In this document: in pieces, positions 29,342 to 46,958 of the stretch | Numbering within the stretch: position 1 is the stretch's first letter | Layout: the number at the start of each line of letters is the position of its first letter | NCBI RefSeq assembly: GCF_009914755.1 | Contig: NC_060927.1 | Strand: one strand, 5' to 3' | Length of the DNA: 64,000 bases | DNA from: the human T2T-CHM13v2.0 reference genome, Homo sapiens | Made by a program: the position numbers and the translations under genes | Notes under the pieces: generated by a model | Told to the model about the DNA's origin: nothing | What the model saw: only the letters and a program-made list of their open reading frames with translations | Database searches by the model: none

Positions 29342-30845
29342 TAAGCAGAATCCGTATTTGTGGTAGCTATAGACTTACAAAATGTATTTTTTAAATAATA
29401 AGATGTAAATGTATTTACTCATTGATCCATGGGCTACAGAACGGTTGCTGTATTAGCAAGCATGAAAACATTAATCTCCTGCATTTTAATTAGAGCTCTT
29501 GAGAGACTAGTTGCATTGTCAAAGACCAGTACTATTTAGTTCTAGAAGGAAATTAAAAGTGCTACTCCAGTAAATATACAAATCATAAGAAAGTGAAACA
29601 GCCTGATTTCTGATATGGAGAAAGACCTATTTTTTTTTTTTTTTTTCGGAGCAGTAGGTCTCAACAGTGAGTTTAAAGTATTTAGTAAACCATGTTCTAA
29701 ACAGATGTGCTGTCACTCAGTCTTTCATCTTCCATTTATGCAGCGTAGGCAGAGTAGATTTAGCGTTAATTCTTAAGGGCCGTAGGATTTTTGAAATGAC
29801 AAATGAGCATTGGCTTCAATTTAAAGTTACCATCTGCATTAGTCTCTAAGAAGAGAGTCAGGCTATCCTTTAAAGCTTTGAAGCTAGGCATTGACTTCTC
29901 TCTAGCTGTGAAAATCCTAGATGGCGTCTTCTTCCAATGGAAGGCTGTTCTTTCTACATTGAAAAATCTGGTGTTTAGTATAGTAACTTTTTGATCTTCT
30001 GGATAACTTGCTGCAGCTTCTACATCATCATTTGCTACTTCACCTTGCACTTTTATGTTATAGAGATGGCTTTTTCCTTTAAACCTCATAAACCAACCTC
30101 TGTTAGCTTTAAACTTTTCTTCTGTACTTTCTGACCTTTCTCAGCCTTCACAGAAATGAAGAAAATTAGGGCCTTAATCTGGATTAGGCTTGGGTTTAAG
30201 ATAATGTTGTGGCTGATTTTATCTTCTATCCAGGCCACTAAAGCTTTCTCCATATCAGTAATAAGGCTGTTTCACTTTCTTATGATTTGTGTTTTCAGTG
30301 GAGTAGCAATTTTAATTTCCTTCTAGAATTTTTCCTTTGTATTCACAACTTGGCTGTTTAGCACAAGAGGCCTAGCTGTTGGCTTGGCTTTTGACAGCCT
30401 TCCTCGCTAAGCTTAATCATTTCTAGCTTTTGATTTAGTGAGAGATGTGTGACTCTTCCTTTCACTTGAACAGTTAGAAGTCATTGTATGATTATTAATT
30501 GTCGTAATTTTAATATTATTGTATCTCTGGGAATAGGGTGGTCCGAGGAGAGGGAGAGTGACTGGGGAATGGTTTGTTTGTGGAAAGTCAGAACACACAC
30601 TTATTGATTGTTTGCTATCTTGTGTGGGCATGGTTTGTGGCACCCCCAAACAATTTCAATAGTAACATCCAAAATCTCTGATCACAGGCCACCATAATGG
30701 ATATAATAATAATAATAAAACAGTTTTAAATATTGTGAGAATTACCAAGATGTGACACAGAGACACAAAGTGAGCACATGCTTTATGCAGGGTTGTCACA
30801 AACCTTCAATTTGTGAAAAAACAAAATATCTGTGAAAGGCAATAA

Positions 30846-31154
<309 letters not shown>

Positions 31155-33135
31155 AGACCTATACGTTTATACAACTGGCTGTGCAGTAGATTACACCAGC
31201 ATTGCTACAAACATGTGAGTATTGTGTTATGCTACAATATTACAATGGCTAGACATCACTAGGTGATGGGGATGCTTCAACTTCATTATAATTTATGAGA
31301 CCACTGTCATATATGTGGTCTTGTCATTGAAATATCATTATATGGCATATGACTGTATGTCACTATGGTACTTTGAAAAACTGTACATGCTGTGCAGAAA
31401 AATAAGTCATGAAGATATATAGGAAACAAAAGAGGTGGTTATAGGACAGTTCAATGTGAAGGTAATATTTGAGCCAAGACTTCCATCATAAGCAGAGGAA
31501 ACAGCAAATGACCTGAATGCTCAGACAATATCAAGGAGTTCTATGAGTCTGAAGCATAGTGAACAAGGGAGGAAAAAGTAGGAGAGGTCAGAGTGATTAA
31601 GGGATTTGGAGAACTGGGGGAGAGAGAGAACTGATCATTTAGGTTCTTGTTAATAAGTGTAAGGACTTTGGATATTATCCTTGGTGAGGTAGAAGGCACT
31701 GCAAGGTTTTCAGCAAAGTAACTTGATCTGACATATTTCAAGTGGATTATTACGGCTTCTGTGTTGAGATGAGACTGAAGGAGCTAATGGCAGGCAGATG
31801 TTAGGAGGCTATGACAATGATTCAGGAAAGAGAGCTTAGTAAGTTTGACAAAGAAGTAGCAGAAAAAGTGGTAAACAGTCAAGATTCTGGAATGATTCTG
31901 AAGGTAGCATGCACAGTGATTTCTTATGGATTATATTTGGGATGTGAAAGAGAGAGGTCAAGGTTGACATGTTTTTGACCTTGACTAATTGGAAGAATAG
32001 AGTTTTCATTAACTGGCATATGGAAGATTGTGGAAGGGGAAGGTTTTGGGGGTGTGTATTAGGTGAAAATCAGAAACTCAGTTTTGGGGATGTCAAGTTA
32101 GTTGATGCCTTCAGATATTTATGTGGAGTAGTTGAACAGGCAGATGGATTTTTGAGCCATCTGCATAGTCACAGTATTTGAAGCCTTGAGGCTAAAAGAG
32201 ACCACCAAAATTAATACATAGATAGAAGTTTAAGGCCTGAATCTTGGGCACTCAAACATTCAGAGGTCCTAAAGATATAAAAGAGCTAACAAGGAAGACT
32301 GAAAATATTGAGTGAAGAGAAGGAAAATCCAGGAGAGGGTTGTGTCCAGGAAGTCATATGAAGACAATGTCTCAAGAAGGAGGGAGTGATCAGCTGTGTC
32401 AATATTGATGGCAGGTCAATTCAGATGAAATAAGAGAGCTGATCATCCAATTCAGTAACAAGGATGTTAGTGACTGAACATGAACATGAATAAGGGAGAT
32501 ATGATCATGGAGATAAAGATGTCTTTGGAGGGGGTTTGAAAGGAGACAATAGGAAGAGAGGACTCTGAGATTGTGAGTATATACAGTGAATAAGTTAGTC
32601 ACATTGGGTATCACGCAATTTTGTCACTGAACAATATGTCCTGAGATTCCTGCTGTTCTTTATAGCTCTAACTTATTTCTCTTAATCATTTCATAGTTTT
32701 TAATTGTATGAAGGAATACAAAGTGTTTAAGATGGGTGTCTAAATAGGTTTTAGCTCGTGTACTTTATCACCAAGAACTTCAATAACCCATACCCTAAAA
32801 TACTAATATAAATGATGTTCAGTGGAAATCCAGAGATGCGGGTGAGGCTAAACATTTTGAATGGTCATACAGAGACAAATGTGGACACTAGCCTGGCTGC
32901 AGTGGAAATTTCATCATGGAAACCAGTAGGAACTAAAGTCTTCCAAACTGGCCTCTCTGATTCCTCTTTTCTCTGCATTAGGACCAACACTAAGAAGGCC
33001 AACAGTTCTTCACTTCACAAGATACATCAGTTCAGGTCACACAGACTTTTGCCAGAAATATGTGTATATATTTAAAACATTTAGGTCACTCTTATGAAAC
33101 CTCCTGTACCTTTTTGATTCCTTTGTGCTAAAGAT

Positions 33136-33772
<637 letters not shown>

Positions 33773-35219
33773 TGAAAGCCTTTTTTTTAGTTGTTGTTTG
33801 GACACCAGTGTCCATGATGAGCATCCTTGCTTTCCTATGCTATTCTCTCTACTGTCAAAACTATCTTATTTTGGAATGCTTTGTCATTGGAAACCCCATT
33901 TATTTCTGAACTCTTTTTTCAGAATGGAGCTCTCTCCCCAACCTTCCACATTGCACAGTTGCTTATGAGCCTTGTAATTAATAAAGATTTGCCAACAGTT
34001 GCACACCCATTGACATTCTGAGCTTATTGAAAAAAGTAGGTGAGCAGCCGTTATTGGGCCAGGGCCTCTAAGTGTATGTTGCCAGTGGGCTGTAGATTGG
34101 AACTGTGTATGTTGCCAATGGACTATAGATTGGCTGTTGTCATTTTTAGTAAGAGAGCTCTGAATTCATATAAATTCAGGCTAAATTTCCTTGGCAGTTA
34201 TGAAACAATTTGAAATGTAGACAAATTAAAGATAAATTTTCAAATTGAATTACTTCCTCTGTTGGGTTTATTTAAACAATTGTAGTACAATATATACCCT
34301 ACAAATCTTAAAAAATGCTCAAATTATTTGCTTGGACTTGTTGATTTATATTTCAAATTACTTATAAAATGACAGCTTCTACAGCCAGCCTCACTTTCAT
34401 TGTGTCAATGCTCTTGGCATTGACACAATGATCTAGAATGAAGGTTGAAAACTCAGATGCCTGTAGGAGCCTAAGAAGGAAAATAAGCAAAGCTTCTCAG
34501 CGTTAGAAATCACTAGGGAGAGGTAAGAAGTGGGGAAAACCAGAGAGAGGATGCTGTGCTGCAGCCCGTTTTTGACACGTGACAATGCCCAACTAGCGCT
34601 AACACTCTCTCAAGTTTTTTAAGGGAAGATTTTAATATGATATCTTTCAGCTTGGAAACGTCAACTAACTCAAAGTTTTTTTTTTCTTTTCTTTTCTTTC
34701 TTTCTCTTTTTTTTTTTTTTTTTTGCCCTCTGCCCAGTACATTGCAGGCCAAAACACACATACTTCTGTAGGCTAGATTCAATCCCCGGTAAGCAGTTTT
34801 CAACTTATATAGCACAGAAGGATCAATAATCATGACAATCATTTGAAACTAATTCTTCACAAAGACTTAAATAACAACTGGCTGCTAATGATCTAAATGT
34901 TGTCAATTCCAAGTTGTTCTGTACGTTTTCTGTTTTGTTAAAATGTTAAATCCTGGTACCCTGTTGTTTGAAACCTGATGGTTAAAAGTAGAATGACTAT
35001 ATATCCTAAACTGCTGAAGACAACCCTGGCTTAGGCTGATAGAAGTTAGAACTATTAATCCTGCTCCCTTTCATTCCCAACCTGTTCCAGCATGGACAGT
35101 CAATTATAAAGACATCTTAAATTGTCCTTTTTGTCTCTCTTCCTCATTTATTACTTAATTTCTTCTTTGTTCCATTTTAAAAACCTGTCATGGAGCATTT
35201 TAAATATAGAAAGGCAACT

Positions 35220-35510
35220 TGTAATTTTAGCACTTTGGGAGGCCAAGGCAGGAGGATTGTTTGAGCTCAGGAGTTTGAGACCAGCCTGGGCAACAAAATA
35301 AGACCCCCATCTCTACAAAAAATACAAAACAATTAGATGGGGGTGGTGGCATATGCCTGCAGACTCCTTCAGTCTCAGGAGGCTGAAGTGAGAGAACTGC
35401 TGGAGCCCAGGAGGTCAAGGCTGCGGTGAGCTATGATCATACCACTGCGACTCCAGCCCGAGTGACAGAGTAAGACCCTCCCTCAAAAAATAAAACAATA
35501 AATAAAAAAA
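35220..35510 (+). mobile_element. AluJ, slightly 5'-truncated
   Basis: tgtaattttagcactttgggaggcc... with an A-rich tail. Confidence 0.92.
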
Positions 35511-36239
35511 TTAAAAAACTGGATGAATAGTATAACAACCCCCATGTATTAATAGTTACTCAGCTTCAACAACTGTCAACTAATGGCCACTCATGTTTCT
35601 TTCATACTCTCACTCTACTCCCCATTCCTATATTATTATCAAGAAAATCCCAGGGTTGGTATCATTTCATCCATAATTTCTTATGCCCTTTAAATCAATT
35701 TTTTTGTAACAATCTACCATTGAACATTTAAATTTTAACCCACTGAATTTCAAACTGTCCTTATTTTTCCCAACACCTTGATTTCCTTTTAGCCTTTTTC
35801 CTTTCTTCACTGTCCACCAGGAGCCTGTGCTTTTATTCCCCAATCTTAGTACAGAGGCACTTCATGAGTATTTCTTGAGAACTGTTTAGAAGTTGTTAAA
35901 TATTTGTTGCTGCTTAGGAGAATATCAAATAATATTTGTGACTAACAAGGACAAATAATTTTGAACTTTATTTTTTCTAGTCCTTCAACTGCATCTATCT
36001 TGTCAAATCTTGATTTGCTCATTGGGTTTTCTCTTGGATGATTTTTGGTGAATTTATATCATAGACATGTTATATACTTGGAAGATTCTTCCCAGATTCC
36101 AATTCTATGAAGATCTCTGTTATCTATTGTTACTTAGACATTTTTGGTTAGGTACATGTATTCTGGTAACTATGTCTTTTGAGAAACTGAGTTGCAAATA
36201 ATCAGAGAAAACAAGCATGGTCTTTAAACTTGGAAAACA

Positions 36240-36440
36240 TTTTCTTTTAACTTTTATTTTAGGTTTGGGAGTACATGTGAAGGTTTGTTGCATAGGTAAA
36301 CACGTGTCACAGGAATTTGTTGTACATATTATTTCATCATCCAGGTATTAAGCCCAGTACCCACTATCTTTTCTGTTCCTCTCCCTCCTCCCACCCTCCA
36401 CCCTCAAGTGGAGCCCAGTGTCTTTTGTTTCCTTCTTTGT
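36240..36440 (-). mobile_element. Old L1PA 3' end fragment
   Basis: ttttaacttttattttaggtttgggagtacatgtgaaggtttgtt...cccaccctccaccctcaagt. Confidence 0.85.
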
Positions 36441-37384
36441 TAAACTTGGATAACTTTTTTAAGAGCTCAAAATAATTTTATTGTGTTAGGGTTTCTTGGA
36501 TTTTTGGATTAACTTTTGGATTAATTTTTTATATATATCTATGACTGCACTTTGTATAATACATGTATATATAATTTGATAATACAAATAATTGCTTCTT
36601 GAAATAAACCTGTTTATTAATTTATATTTTTTCTATTTGGGAACCCTGGGTAAAAAGTCTTACATTTCTACTACTCTTTGATTTCCTTCTATGTTTTATT
36701 TATATTTTTCTTTTCTAGAGATGATATTATTCAATAACTTATATTAGTATTTTCTCTTTTATTTAGTCTTACATTGTTTTTTTCTTTTCTTTATATGTTG
36801 GTAAGTCTCCACTTGCACTTCCTTCCCTCCCCCCTTATTCAATCTTCACACAGGTCCAACTTCAAAATTTTGTAAAAGCATATGCTATATGTAGCTTAAT
36901 ATTAAGAACTACACTTTAATCATTTCAAACCCCACTAAATTATTAAATGTATTCTTGATAAACATATATCTCTCATACTAGATTGAAAGCATCTTGAGAC
37001 CAGAATCCCAATCTTTTATATCTCTGTGTCAATGTGTCAATATAGTTTAAATATGGTAGACTCTCCAAATAGCTGTTGACTTAAAATATACATAGGAAAA
37101 ATTAAGTCTTATTTCTATGTACTTGCTCGCCATAATATAAATAAGTACATATGTGTTACAATTTTATACATAGTAAACATTTAAGATATTAGCAACATTA
37201 ATAGCATTCTCAATAAATTACAGAAAAATTTTGGCCACAATTCCACCAATTTCATTTTACTGATTCTACTCAGTAAATAAAACTGTTTTTATTAATCCAT
37301 TTTCCTTCCCAATCACTCCTTAACTATACAATTAGATAATTTCTGCACAGTTTAAAATATTAGCATTGCCATATTTTGCTTGTT

Positions 37385-38333
<949 letters not shown>

Positions 38334-39519
38334 ATATTTTTCCTGTTTAATATCATTTTGTGGTGTTTTTTAGTTTTCATAATCCTTAAATACATTTGGA
38401 AAACACATACATATGTGTGTGTGTATATATATATTTAATTGAAAAAAGATATTACAAAGTAAAGGAATTATTCTTTTTCTAGTTATTGATACAAGTATCT
38501 GTAGCCTTACTGTACCCACAAATTTTTTGGCCAGGACAGACCTTGGGTAATATTTGGAAACAAGTAAAGATTTTGCTTCAAATCTCCTCTTTCCTCTTGG
38601 AGTTCATGTCTGTTGTCTGTACCTCATTATTCATACATATTCATATATATTTAAATATTAAAATAATATATTATAATAAACATAATATATTTAAATATAT
38701 TCAACATGTTTAATATACCAATTATATATATTCAACATATTTTATATATATATCTATATGAAGATTAAAAGCTTCTTAATCCTGTGTTGTTTGAAGACTT
38801 ATCCCTTCTATTTGTAAAGCTAGCCATGACAATGCATTTGTCATTTCTGGATTTTCTCTTGACTTTTGCAGGTGTCTTTTTCTAATCCTACAAGGAGTAC
38901 AAGAAAGGACAAAATGCTGAGAGTGTGTGCATGCATGTGTGTGTGTGCCAACATGTGTTTTACTGCCCTGGGAAAAGGAGGTGTCTGTCTCCAATACCTT
39001 TATAGTATTCCACTGTGGGATCATTTGAGAATGAGTTTCCTACTTTTTGAACTTTACTAAATTATCTAGTCCTTGTACATCTCCTGCTTTGCCTGGCTAG
39101 GCAGATGGAGTGTAAGCTTGATGTGCTTCTCTGCCAGAGTGACCGTTCATTCTCCCAGGTGTTCTGAATTAGGTACTTTAGTCCTCAATCACTCAGTCAC
39201 AATTCTTAGTCAGACTAGGTTACAGCCAAGTAGTCAGCCTCAGGGCATGGCCAAGTTCAAGTTCAGCTTATTAGTATCAACCTGGGCCATGTCTTTTGTT
39301 TCTGTTCTCATAGTTATGTTAGGAAACTGCAGAATTCAGGCTACTTTAAAAAATTTAACTGCCTTCTCCCCCCGAATTTTTACTTTGGAACAGCTAGAAA
39401 GGGTTGGAATTTAGAGTTAAACACACTCTCCTGTGTGCATATATGTAAGTATGATTGTACATATGCTTTCTTCACTTGTTCATTTATTTGCTGTTGAAAA
39501 AGAGATAAAGAGTATGATA

Positions 39520-40380
39520 TAATTTTAAACAACACAAGAGAGTACAAAATTGAAAGTTAAGACCCTCTACTTTAGGTGTCTAAACTTCTTTCCCAAAGGC
39601 AACAACAGCTAGCATTTTCTTGTGTATCAATCCATAAATTTTATATTTACAATCAAAAATATATTTGTATTTATATACTTTAATTTATATCCTTTCCAAA
39701 GGCTCAGATGTATCTGGCTTATTTTCATGTAAAGTGTATCTTGGCTATTATTCCAAGATAGCACATGCATGTCTACCCTATTCTTTTTAAAAACTATGTT
39801 TGGCCACATAGTATTCTATTGCATGGATGTGCATACTTTATTTTTTATCTATTTATTTTTTATTAAGATAAATATTTATTTTTAGGTTTTGATTACACAT
39901 TTTAAGATTCTTTTGTTGACAAATACAAATTGTATATATTTATGGTGTACAAAGTAATGTTTATATATACACACACACACATTGTGGAATGATTAAATCA
40001 AGCTAATTAACATATCCATCACCTCACAAACATAATTTTTTTTTTTTGCGGTGAGAACATTTAAAATTTATGCTCTTAGCAATTTTTAAATAAATTTACA
40101 TACTTTATTGAAAAAAATATCCTATGAACAACCTTATTTTCAGTTAAAAAACTTTTTTTCCTACTAAAGATAATACTACAGTGAGCATTCATACCGATGT
40201 ATGAAGATAATTATTGGAGACATTCCTAAAGTTGATTGTTGCCTCTAAGCATTTTCATTTTTATAGTTATTGCCAAATTCTCCTTTAATGAAGTTGCTTC
40301 AATGTACTCTTTCACTAACAACATTTGAAAGTGCCTGGTTTCAGACTACATACTGTCAAACTTTTCAATCTTTGCAGACA
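39520..40380 (-). mobile_element. Degraded L1M fragments, including an L1MA 3' end at ~39910-40090
   Basis: ttgtatatatttatggtgtacaaa...aatcaagctaattaacatatccatcacctcac...gtgagaacatttaaaa. Confidence 0.65.
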
Positions 40381-43300
40381 AAATCATTCTTCTTCTATAA
40401 ATAGGAAGCAAATAATCTTCCTTTTTTCATTCTTCTGCCACCATTAATTTTCTTGGTTTTAACACAGAATAAGATATTGAATTTTATAACTTATTAGAGT
40501 TAACCATAACTTTCAAATGTTGATGATGTAATCACTCCTTATAAGGGAGAACAAGGTGTTTCTCTGGGCCTGCTTTCAATTTCCATGCTTCGATCTCTCT
40601 TTGCTTTAACTCTGCCCACATGCTGGTATGTGGCAGTATTAATTAGGCATTCTGTTTTTTGAATCTCATGTAGAATGTTCATCCAATTCATTTATTACAA
40701 AATTAAAAAAAAAAGAATGAACACAGCCATTAGAGATGTTGCAAATAATTTGAGTTAAATGTAAATGTAGAAAGAAAATAGGGAAACTACTATTAAGCAC
40801 ACCTTACCCTCTGCAATGGAATACAATACAGATTTACAATGTCAATTATTTCCACCATGTATCTTTTTAAGAGTTGAGAGATTTGAAATATGAATATGTC
40901 AGGTATTTAAATACTAAGTTACCTAAAAATGTACTTTATTAAAATATCATTATGCATATTTTAAAGTTAAAACTCTGTGCTATGTAGATGTAGGGGTAAA
41001 ATTCCCATTTATTGTCCACTGAATGTGAGGGAAATTGGATTTGTCAGGAAGCTGATTGATATCTGGAAGTGTTTTGTTTTCAGCGACTGGCACTGCCGAG
41101 TTACAACCATCTATCATCTAACAGGTAATTAGTCAGATTTCTCATCATGAGCCTTCAATCCTGCTGTTTTATTATTGAAATACCACAAACCAGCAGGCAA
41201 TTTGAATGCAGATAAAGTTCTCTGTCATGGTCTTAAGGACAAAGACAACATTTTGCAATTCAGCAGTAGTGAGTTTGAATGAAAGTCACCGAAATGTAAG
41301 TGTGGGTCTTATAAAAAAATAAATATGAAAAATTTAATTTGATACTCCATTTGTCCTCCATAGTGACAACTGAGAAACTTGCTGTTTATAAAAGCAACCT
41401 AGTGTTCTAATATAAATTTGCTTTATTATAACATTTTACAATTTGAAAGTTAAGCGAAGAAACACATTGCATGGAAAATAAAGTTAGATAAAATAAAATA
41501 AATGAACTAGGTCTTGAATAGCTTTTATTCATTTTCCAAGGTATTTTGAGATGATGGATGAAAATAATTTATATTTAACAGTAGCTAAGAATATGAAAAT
41601 TTTACTCCTCTTAGAATTATTTCTAATAAGAAAGTTTAGATATTAAAATAATTGGAAACTAAAGATGAATTATTTGTTTGCTTTTACACATGCTTTGTAT
41701 TAGATAAGCTTGCTTCTGAAGTTGGGGCTAACACACTTTTGAGGCCTTCTTGTATGGTTTATGGATCTCAGACAGCTGATTTATGTTATTGGCATCCCAA
41801 CAAGAATGGTAACTTCATAACACTGACTGTTATTTTCTTGACTTAATTCAAAATCATATATTATCTTTCTGAAAAATAGATCTCAGAATACTTCAGCTTT
41901 CCCAAAAGTCACAGGACACCATAGTCATTACCGCTTGATGAAGTATAAATATAATGTCTCTTTCTTCAAAATTTAGTGTCAGAATAAATACACTTACATG
42001 CTTTCTCAAACCTAAGTTAAATAATAATTTTCTTTAATCCAAACATATTAAATATGTAGCACATATACATTAAAATTAACCAGATCAAGCAGTATTTTAA
42101 TTCAGTTGCTTAATTACATCTTCTGGTGAATAATAGGTTTTACCAGAAAAAAAATTTTAGACTACTTGAAAACGATGGTGTAATACATTTTTCTTACAGT
42201 ATCTTTATTAAAGATACATCAATGTACACATATATCTTTGTATTTTTACAATAGCATTAACTTTGGTTCTACCATTAACATTTTATAAGATCTTTTCCTA
42301 TGAAAACAAATACCAATTTACTGTAATCATGGTTACTTACAGTATCTAAATCCATTATTGTAAAAAGGCAAACCTGTGATAGGCATCACATGGAGAATAA
42401 AAAATTAAGAGACTAATTGTAATATTAAATAAGCAATCTTGTTATATAGATACATGTAATATTGCATGTTGCATGTATTGTTACTCAGAGTAGAAAGAAC
42501 ATGTGAGAAGTTTCCTAACTTGGATAAGAACATCACAAATTTCTATTCTCACACAAAATGCCAATTTACTAGTTCCCTGAAGATTTTACTTAGATAACTG
42601 TTATGCAACACCAAATAAACACAAGCTGAATTTCTGTTTATTAACACAATTTAAGTCTAATTCCAAGCTTTTACAGGCTTGGCCCATGGTACATAAGCGT
42701 ACTGAGTTTTATTTCTGGTTTTACAAGAATGGAAATTTTAGATGTCTATATTGATCACTTGACTACACTGCAGTATATTAACAGTAGCGAATAATAACCA
42801 AGATTTGTTGAGTGGCAGGTGATACACTTAGCACTTTAGGCTTACTTGCTTAACTTCTCATGTGTGAGCTACTATTATTCTCATTTTTCAAGAAACACAA
42901 ATTATTTTTTACACACACAGTTGTACTTTTGGGGGTATATGGGAGGCAATCTGGCATATTGGGAAAAAACCATGAATTTTGTTGCCAGAAAGACCTAGGT
43001 AAAAATATCTTTATTTCACCAGTTACTAAGAGGGTATGTCCTAGAGTGAATTTCTTGACCACTCTAAACCTTAGTTTTCACCTTTATAAAATGGGGATTG
43101 ATGAGATCATCTTTTCCAGCTATTCTGTGTGTCTGGTGTATGCAGTTACTGGACAACATGCTCCCTTCCCATATGCCCCTATTTCTTCCCATCTGAAAGC
43201 TGCATAAGCTCTTCTGACTCATACTTCAGCAAGTTGAGACATAGCAATATAACAAGAAACTTTATCTGAGTTATTTGGCTTAATTTAACTGGGATAAGTT

Positions 43301-43796
43301 ATAGTCAATAAATTCTTTAATCTCAGGTGTACTTTACTAAGTGAATTAGCTTATATTCATGAGTTTTTGGGAAGATTATCTAATAAACGAAGATTGTAAC
43401 ATACCTGCCTATAAGAATGATTGAAATGGTTGGTAGTATGTAACGATATATGTCTTCAATGCTTGGTCCTAGTATATTTGCCTTAGTATTTCTTAATAAC
43501 TATATTCCTTAAAGTGTGTTCTGTGAATCAATAAAGTTAGAATCATCTGAGGTGCTGAATAAAAATTCAGATTTCTGGGCCCTACTCAGAATGGGAAGAG
43601 TAGACTGATTACCTCCGGGACATGGTGATTGAGTTGGGTTTTGAAAGATGTGTAGAATTTCACCCTGGAGACACAGGTGGTTGAGGGCAAAAAGGACCTT
43701 CCAAGCAAAAGGAACTGTAGATTAAAATATACAATTATGAGAGGTGAATTTTGAAGGAGTGCTTTTATATACTGTTCTTTGAAAATATAAGTTGTC

Positions 43797-44134
<338 letters not shown>

Positions 44135-44359
44135 TTACAGACTTTTTGGAAGCTTAATGGGTAGTGTTACAATGAATTTGTACAAATATTCGACCCCGCC
44201 TTTCCACTTTTTGATATATATTCTAGGGAAACCCTCATATAGATGTATATGTTTTAGGAAACAATTTACATTTTTACTCATCAAGGGAATAATGGATGAA
44301 TAACTTATAGTGCCTTGACTTACTTATTTTTCAAATATTTATTTATATTTATTATTATT

Positions 44360-45700
<1,341 letters not shown>

Positions 45701-45789
45701 GGTTTCCAGATGAAGGAGATTCCTAGGGATTCCAGGATTTGTAGTAATATTTGGAAATTAAGAAGAATAAGGGACATGATAGCATCTTA

Positions 45790-46025
45790 TAATACTAACT
45801 AGCCAACACATATAGATTTTATGTTGTATATCACACACTGTTCTAAAAGATTTTCATTTAAACCTTTCATACAAAACCCTATGAGAGAGATAATATTATC
45901 ATTATTCCCATCTTCCAGATGAAAAAAACTGAGAGAGGAACTGGAGTGACTTGCCTGGGGTAACATAGGTGATAAAGGGGCAGAATTGGGGTTTAACTCT
46001 TGGCCATTTGTTCTCAACCACAGAC
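45790..46025 (-). mobile_element. MIR SINE
   Basis: aaccctatgag...attcccatcttccagatgaaaaaaactgag...tgacttgcc core. Confidence 0.75.
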
Positions 46026-46932
46026 GAGATGAAGTGAAAAATAAGCTTCAGAATAATGTTCAGCATAATATAAATATAAAGACCTAAAAAAGGTCATTTA
46101 TTTCTGTATACGAATGCATATAAAAATAATTGCAAAGGAATGATCTGGACATATACATGTTGCACAAGAATTGTTTGGGGTGGCTCAAGGAGGTTTCAAA
46201 TGTGTTAGTGGTATTAGTTGCATCTTTTGAGAAATGAAGAACTACTGGCGTATGCCTCAGTTTCCTGATACACAGTGTTTGCTTATTCCTACCCACTTCA
46301 TTACTCTTAAACCTTAGTAGATTCTCACTTAAAAAGGTTCCTGGACATGAATTAGAAAAATAATGCTTAGGGATATTGCCTAATCTTAGAAACTATTGGA
46401 CAAATCAAGTTCCATATTTTTTAAATATAATTTTACTACAAGAAGATTCCATCAAAATGAAATTTGTCACAATAGACTTTAGGTTGCATAAGGCAGCATG
46501 TATCACTTGCTACATATTCACTAATTTGGATTGGTAATACCTGCCTACAGTATAAATAATTTTCACAAATGAGTTTTTGGATTGTACTTCAGTGTGCTCT
46601 ATTATGCTAATATTTCAAATATCTTTTGAAGGAAAATACTAACTCAATCAAAGAATGTCTCTTTAAAAACTTGCCCATGCAAATATCCTTGATTATTAAT
46701 TCATTGAATCATAAATAAAATATAAGTTAAATTAATTTTGACTTTGCATTCAGTTTCATCTTAAGGCCACATTCTGCCCTTTTGCGTACCAGCTGATGTC
46801 CCCGGGAAAGGTTTGCATCTGTTTCCATAACCAGCACTATAATGACTCACCTGCTAGACCTGTGCTGCACTCCGTGTGAGAGCCTGATGGCAGGATATTG
46901 ACTTCTTTAAAGGCTATTAACATTCTCAATGA

Positions 46933-46958
46933 TGTGTGTGTGTGTGTGTGTGTGTGTG
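46933..46958 (+). repeat. (TG)13 microsatellite
   Basis: Read directly from the sequence. Confidence 0.95.

Noticed and set aside
34676-34727. Apparent inverted copy of the promoter A/GAAA tract (286-342), also similar to the Alu tail at ~44078-44125
   Set aside because: Low-complexity convergence; the flanks do not align.
38630-38760. AT-rich quasi-repeats resembling an array
   Set aside because: Low-complexity (TA)-rich DNA; no repeat-spacer periodicity.
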